Shown here piece by piece: positions 34,858 to 40,265 of a DNA stretch of 40,265 nt. The stretch's first letter is position 1. Every line of letters begins with the position of its first letter. A model generated the notes under the pieces. That model had not been told where the DNA came from, searched no databases, and worked only from the letters and a program-made list of their open reading frames with translations. Both the position numbers and the translations under genes were made by a program. The stretch comes from Chiloscyllium plagiosum (Eukaryota). The stretch is from assembly GCF_004010195.1 (NCBI RefSeq), contig NC_057752.1, forward strand, positions 5,783,055 to 5,823,319, in the 5' to 3' direction.

Positions 34858-34990
34858 CATTCCTGATGAAAAGCTTATGCTTGAAATGTCGACTCTCCTG
34901 CTCTTCAGATGCTGCCTGACCGGCTGTGCTTTTCCAGCTCTGCACTTTTTTGACTCTGATCTCCAGCATCTGCAGTCCTCACTTTCTCCT
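34858..34990 (+). mobile_element. Short Penelope-derived element with hammerhead core
   Basis: CTGATGA at 34863-34869, helix II AAGC-ttat-GCTT, GAAA at 34883-34886, GTC triplet ending at 34890. The body ends ccagcatctgcagtcctcactttctcc. Confidence 0.75.
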
Positions 34991-35124
34991 TGCTTTTAAT
35001 GGCACCCGTTATGGGCAAAGTAACTGAAAACAAAATTCTCCACCAATTCCATTCAAATGAAAAATTACTCATGCACTTCTGGCTAACATTTTCCATTTTA
35101 GATCCATATGTCCACAATTTTAGT

Positions 35125-35240
35125 CATGATGTGGAGGTGTTGGTGTTGGACTGGGGTGGACAAGGTCAGAAGTCTTCACTTGACAAAAAAGCAGCACTGC
35201 AAATGCCTGTTGGACTATAACCTAGTGTCGTGTGACTTTG
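35125..35240 (+). mobile_element. Penelope-derived terminal fragment
   Basis: gatgtggaggtgttggtgttggactggggtggacaaggtcagaagtc...cctgttggactataacct.gtgtcgtgtgactt, sharing ends with 26866-26981 and 5303-5640. Confidence 0.6.
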
Positions 35241-35532
35241 GACACAATTTTGGTGGAACTGATCTAAGTGGATTTGTCACAGTGCAAGCCATGCCTCCTC
35301 TTGTGGTGAAGTGACAGTACCCCTGCTTCTGAGCCAGGAACTCTGGTTTCAAGTCCCATGCCAATGGCATTTGTATTGTGGCCATGCAGATTGACTATCA
35401 ATATATAACTTCTATGGTAGGAGTCTCTTAATCAGCTGTGCTCGATATGAAGTGGTGCCCCTCAAGCCAAAACCTCCAGTGATAGACTGGCAATCAATTC
35501 CAGAAACATTTAGTTTTGGAAGCATACGTAGC

Positions 35533-35904
35533 CACGTGCCTCATACACCATGAAGTGTGAGAAGCAGTGCCCCACTGGAGAGAGCTGTAATTACAGTGTG
35601 AGGACCTTACATAGGCTGTTTACATTACACTTGGGGATATGTAATGGAAATACAAAATAAGGACTCAATTATATCTACTGCCCTAGTCCAATTATCCTCC
35701 AGTGTCTAACCTCAAGACTACATTTGAGCTTGACTGCTTGGATGTGAGGCCTCTGGAGATAACTAGTTATACGATAGATAGTTATTACCATCTTTGGGCT
35801 AAAGTGAAGAGACTTGGAGGCAGTCATTTTATCCCTGTTGAAATGGCAGTTGTAAATAGCCCGTGCTTTTGCACTCATGGTTTGTGATATCATCTGAAGC
35901 TCAA
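35533..35904 (-). repeat. Right arm of ~360-bp inverted repeat
   Basis: Reverse complement of 33204-33562, with scattered substitutions and an indel near 35765-35790. Confidence 0.95.
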
Positions 35905-36396
35905 TGAGATTACTGCATATAATCACCCCAGGCATCCATTACTCTCTTTGTAAACATTCTGGGCATGTCACATGCATAACAGCAAAGCCTGGTTATTATG
36001 TGCTCGGCATGTTAAGCTAAGTATAAACCTATGATCAAGCAATTTATCAACGCAAATCAGAGAAGCAGCTGATTTGAATTGGAACACACTCCAAGTGTTG
36101 TACAACACAAGGCCCATAGGCTGAATTATACCCATAGTTTTTTTCATGACTCCCACTTCATACTTATACTCTGAACAATCAGTTTGCACTTGCTCCTCAA
36201 CTAACATCACTACATCAGGTGGTTTACTTATCATCATGTTACTGATGATGAGATCTTGCTGTGCAGATGTTCACTGTTGCATTTCCTACACAGCAATACT
36301 ACATTCAAAAAAGAAGTCCATTAACTTTAAAGTGCTTTAGGAAATCCTCAAGTTGTAAAAAGTGCTATATCAGTGCAACTGTCTTGTTTCTTTAGA

Positions 36397-36706
36397 GAAG
36401 ATTACTTACAGTGTGGAAACAGGCTCTTCAGCCCAACAAGTTCACACCAACCCTCTGAAGAGCAACCCACCCAGACCCATTCCCCTACATTTACCCCAAC
36501 TAATGCACCTAAGACTACAGGCAATTTACCATGGTCAATTCACCTAACCTGCACATCTTTGGATTGTGGGAGGAAACCGGAGCACCAGGAGGAAACCCAC
36601 GCAGACACGGAGAATGTGCAAACTCCACACAGACAGTTGCCCGAGGTGGGAGTTGAACCCGGGTCTCTGGCGCTGTGAGGCAGCAGTGCTAACCACTGTG
36701 CCGCCC
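36397..36706 (-). mobile_element. HE1-like V-SINE, near full length
   Basis: The minus strand starts ggggcggcacagtggttagcactgctgcctcacagcgccagagacccgggttcaactccc (A and B boxes), followed by a V domain and CR1-like tail. Confidence 0.92.
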
Positions 36707-37364
36707 CATTTTATTGACCAGTTTTCCCTGGCCCTAACTATGCCTGCCTGAATTAGCAAGCTTATGCTCTGCAGTGAAGGTCCAAGGTGAATTTGACACT
36801 CTTGTCAAGCCCTGTGCAACATGTGGCCAGGTTGAAGTTCAGCACCAAGTTGGTGATGTGGCAACAGCTGGAATGAATACTTTGGTTACTGGCACCTCAA
36901 ACACCCTTCCGATCAGACAAACAAAAAGGTGGAATTTTGACTGTGTCTGCAAAACATCAGCGTGAGTGTAAAAGACAGAGTTGACACATCGCTTTCGAAA
37001 CTGATGTGCCCCACAATGTCACGACTACATAGATCCCCGTCAATCTCGTCACTTAGTTTGAATCCCTGAGGCCTGTAGTAAACAGATTTCAATGAGTTTT
37101 CTGTCTCAACCTGTAGTCTGCTGAAAGATTGGAATTCAGGTCTGTGCTTGAGTTGGGAGCCTGGTTTCTCATCAAAGTAAGAAATCAGCTGATTTTGCCG
37201 GATTGGGAAATTTGTGTCCCATTAATGTATGATTTTTTTTGGCATTTAATGTCAGAATATCTCCAATAAAGCACAGCAGTGGACAAGTTTGTTAACATAC
37301 ATCGATTTTACAGCACGGAAAGAGACCATTCAGCACAATTGGTCTATACTAGCATCAAAAGAAT

Positions 37365-37832
37365 AAAGGACTTGCATTTATATAATGCTTCCATGAACAG
37401 AGCATCCCAATGCAATTTCTAGCCACTGGAGTACTTTTTTAGGTGTGATCACTGCTATATTGTAGGAAACACTGCAACCAATTTGAGAACACAGCAAACT
37501 TCCATAAACAGCAAGCTTCCATGAAGAGCAATGTGATAATGATCATCTGGTTTTGTGGTTTTAATTGAAGGATAAATATCAGCCAGGACACTGGGTCGAA
37601 CTTCCCTGTTCTTCAAAACAGAGCCATGGGATCCTTTGTATCCATGTAAGAGAGGGAGCTGGGCTTCAGTTTCACACTTCATTCAATGGACGGGACCTCT
37701 GACAGTGCAGCACTCCCTCAGTAATGGGCTGGAGCATCAGCCTTGACTTTTGTGCTCAACTCTTGAAGTGGACTTTGAACCTAGAGACTGCAGCCTCAGA
37801 GGTGTGAGTGCTATCGACTGAGCATCGGCTGA
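37365..37832 (-). mobile_element. Deu-domain SINE, near full length
   Basis: Minus strand gctcagtcgatagcactcacacctctgag...ggttcaaagtccacttc...gatcccatggc...ttgaagaacaggga...gtgtcctggctgatatttatcc. Homologous to 28178-28590. Confidence 0.8.
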
Positions 37833-38065
37833 CACCTGACACACCACCCATCCCCACAATCTCACCTTATCAACATATCTTTTTTTTTTCCTTTATCAGT
37901 TTATCCGGCTTCCCATTAAATATATGGATTATGCATCATTCTCTTTTGGAGCAAGTTCCACATTCTCAACATTGCCTGGGAATAGACATTTCTTGAATTC
38001 CCAATTGGATTTATTAGTGAATATCTGATGTTTATCTTATGACCTTCCACTTTGGGATTCCTCAC

Positions 38066-38596
38066 TGTGACATTGCTGTCACTTTAACAAGGTTATTTTG
38101 TCCTTGTTTTTTTTTAATAGAAGTGGTAAAGGCAGAGGTGCCAAAATGTCTGCTTTAACAATGGTAGGGGAGTGGCCAGTTCTCCCAGTTCAGGTTTCTT
38201 CTAGTTTGTTAGTGACAAGCTGCTGCAGTGGAGAAAGATTCCAAGCTTCAGCTTTCTCTCTGAAATCTCTCCTGCCTGTTAGAACCCGTGTTTGAATTTA
38301 TCTTTTGCCAAGGGTTGTGTTTATGGGATGTTGCGGGAATTGGAACAGCTCATTAGTTAAGTTGTTGTATCAAGTCGGTTGGGTTTTCAAATAGTTAAGT
38401 TATTCTAAATTCTGTTTCTTTTGCTCGTGTTTCAACTGTAGTGTTTAAATAAATTCTGTTTGCTTAAAGCTGAGTGGTTTGACCAGCTGCATCACTCCTG
38501 GAATATCCACTTCACATCTGCCTTTATAATAAGAAAAATTAGGGTCCGGGCTACCTTCTGAAAATATTTTGAGGGGGTCTAGCCTGGTGCGTAATA
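38066..38596 (+). mobile_element. Solo LTR (531 bp) with 5-bp target-site duplication
   Basis: Starts TGTGAC and ends GTAATA (decayed ..CA). Flanked by CTCAC at 38061-38065 and 38597-38601. Internal AATAAA near 38448. Confidence 0.7.
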
Positions 38597-39669
38597 CTCA
38601 CAAATGGAGACATCTGTTAAGTGCCCTACCAAGTCCCTTCCAAATTTGAAAGACCACCTCCCAGCTGTTTTTTTTGAAAGAAAGGAGTCCAAGCCTTTTT
38701 GGTCTTTCCTGGTAACTGGGTTATTTGGTGCCTGAGATGTGCACCAGCTACTTGCCCATGTAGAGAGCTAGCTCATTAAGAGGTGGGTGCATTTCTACCC
38801 TGAGTCTCAAAGGAAACAAAGGCATTCTTGTTATATTTTAGCACAATCAGTTGTTCCCTTGGTCCGTGTTCATCTCCTGAAGGATGCCATCACCTTCCCT
38901 GAGCTGCCCTTTCTGAGGCTGCAGTTTGTAAACATATGGTCGGTGTCAAAACTTAGTCTGAAACTCTGCAGGAGATCCTGATCTCTTATCAGATTGCTAT
39001 GATATTATTATACCCATCGAAAAACTGCTGAAAAATCCCAAATGCCACATGACTACACTCTAATGTTTCATTTTGCATTTTGAAGGCAATAAAATCAGCC
39101 GCACACATGCTGGATCATATAAAGCTGCTGATAAAGGCATAGCCAGCATGTGAGCTATATTTACTATTTTTGGAAGTTAAGGATGAGAGCACAATTAACA
39201 CAGCAGGTATAGATTTTACAATTCCTGAATGAATTCAATGTTTGTTGTCTTTGTTCACTGTTTATCTGTGGGACAATAGCTAGCTGACAATGAATGATAC
39301 AAAGGATGTAATAGCAACTGGCTGCATAGTGAATGAGCACATTTCACTTTCATATCTTGACTCTGCTCTCCAGACTAATGGAATACAAACCTTTGCCCTT
39401 ACTGGCTGCAAGGAATCTAAACGTTCATTGCCAAGGATTCAGAGCACTTGTAACAGTTTCTTGTGGGTGCATTCCAGCAGTGGAGAATTGCGTATTATTC
39501 CAATTACATTAAGTGTGAAGCTGCCATTGTCCTTTATCTAACGTACATCTGGTCAGTGACTGAGGTCTGGGTTTCTCTCCGAAAGCTGACAGGTAGTGCT
39601 TATTTCTCAACATTTCTGTCATATGTTAAATCCAGCACCAAGACCAAAAGGTGGAGATCTAATAGTCAA

Positions 39670-39756
39670 GATTAGAGAGGTGCTGGAAAAGCACAGCAGG
39701 TCAGGCAGCATCCAAGGAGCAGGAAAATCGACGTTTCAGGTAAAAGCCCTTCATCC
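39670..39756 (-). mobile_element. Short Penelope-derived element (hammerhead 5' core truncated)
   Basis: Minus strand gatgaagggcttttacctgaaacgtcgattttcctgctc...ctgtgcttttccagcacc.ctctaatc, the same family as the 25504-25577 insert. Confidence 0.72.
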
Positions 39757-39849
39757 CTAATTGCCCTTGAGAGGCCATTTTCCTGAACCACTGCAGTCTG
39801 TACTCTCGCAATGGTGTTGGTGGGAATTCCAGACTTTTTACCCGACAAA

Positions 39850-40265
39850 CATAGAGTCATAGAGATGTACAGCATGGAAACGGACCCTTTGGTCCAACCC
39901 GTCCATGCTGACCAGATATCCCAACCCAATTTAGTCCCAGCTGTCAGCACCCAGCCCATATACCTCCAAACCCTTCCTATCCATATACCCATCCAAATAC
40001 CTTTTAAATATTGCAATTGTACCAGCCTCCACCACTTCCTCTGGCAGCTCATTCCATACATGTACCACCCTCTGCGTGAAAAAATTGCCACTTTGGTCTC
40101 TTTTATATCTTTCCCCTCTCAGCCTAAACCTATGCCCTCTAGTTCTGGACTCCCTGACCACAGGGAAAAGACTTTGCCTATTTATCCTATCCATGCCCCT
40201 CATAATTTTGTAAACCTCTATAAGGTCACCCCTCAGCCTCCGACGCTCCAGGGAAAACAGCCCCA
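39850..40265 (-). mobile_element. CR1-like LINE 3' fragment (young family, runs off window)
   Basis: Minus ORF MRGMDRINRQSLFPVVRESRTRGHRFRLRGERYKRDQSGNFFTQRVVHVWNELPEEVV, with the tail catagagtcatagag. Confidence 0.95.

Noticed and set aside
36640..36706. tRNA gene (also at 6338 and 28178)
   Set aside because: The A/B boxes are SINE heads followed by SINE bodies, with no complete cloverleaf.
16400..40265. Coding exons of a downstream neighbour such as arf3
   Set aside because: No ARF-like or other recognisable non-TE peptide was seen in the ORF track or by eye. Short exons could have been missed.
1..40265. CRISPR array or prokaryotic-type system
   Set aside because: There are no regularly spaced direct repeats or operon-like ORFs. 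The sequence is intron-containing vertebrate DNA.

Overview
This is vertebrate genomic DNA, very probably a shark. The repeats resemble elasmobranch HE1/V-SINEs, Deu-domain SINEs and CR1-type LINEs, so the taxon is an inference. There is one recognisable protein-coding gene, wnt10b, on the + strand. Its four coding exons are 4144-4208, 4358-4620, 10921-11285 and 15934-16392 (1152 nt, 383 aa), with phase-compatible GT-AG introns, and a short upstream exon probably ends at 3989. The rest is a CpG-rich upstream region, introns and about 24 kb of intergenic DNA. That DNA is dense in CR1-like LINE fragments, tRNA-derived SINEs, a solo LTR, microsatellites and Penelope-like (PLE) relics. Four observations stand out. 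(1) Several distinct minimal hammerhead-ribozyme motifs (CUGANGA...GAAA) sit in small Penelope-derived elements, two of them long fold-back elements inside wnt10b introns. (2) The normally near-invariant Wnt motif WxWGGC reads WERGDC. (3) There is a ~360-bp inverted duplication at 33.2/35.9 kb. (4) An intron may switch a 3-codon uORF into an N-terminal extension. I cannot show that any of this is a new biological system, and ribozymes in PLEs are a known phenomenon. Repeat boundaries were read by eye and are approximate.
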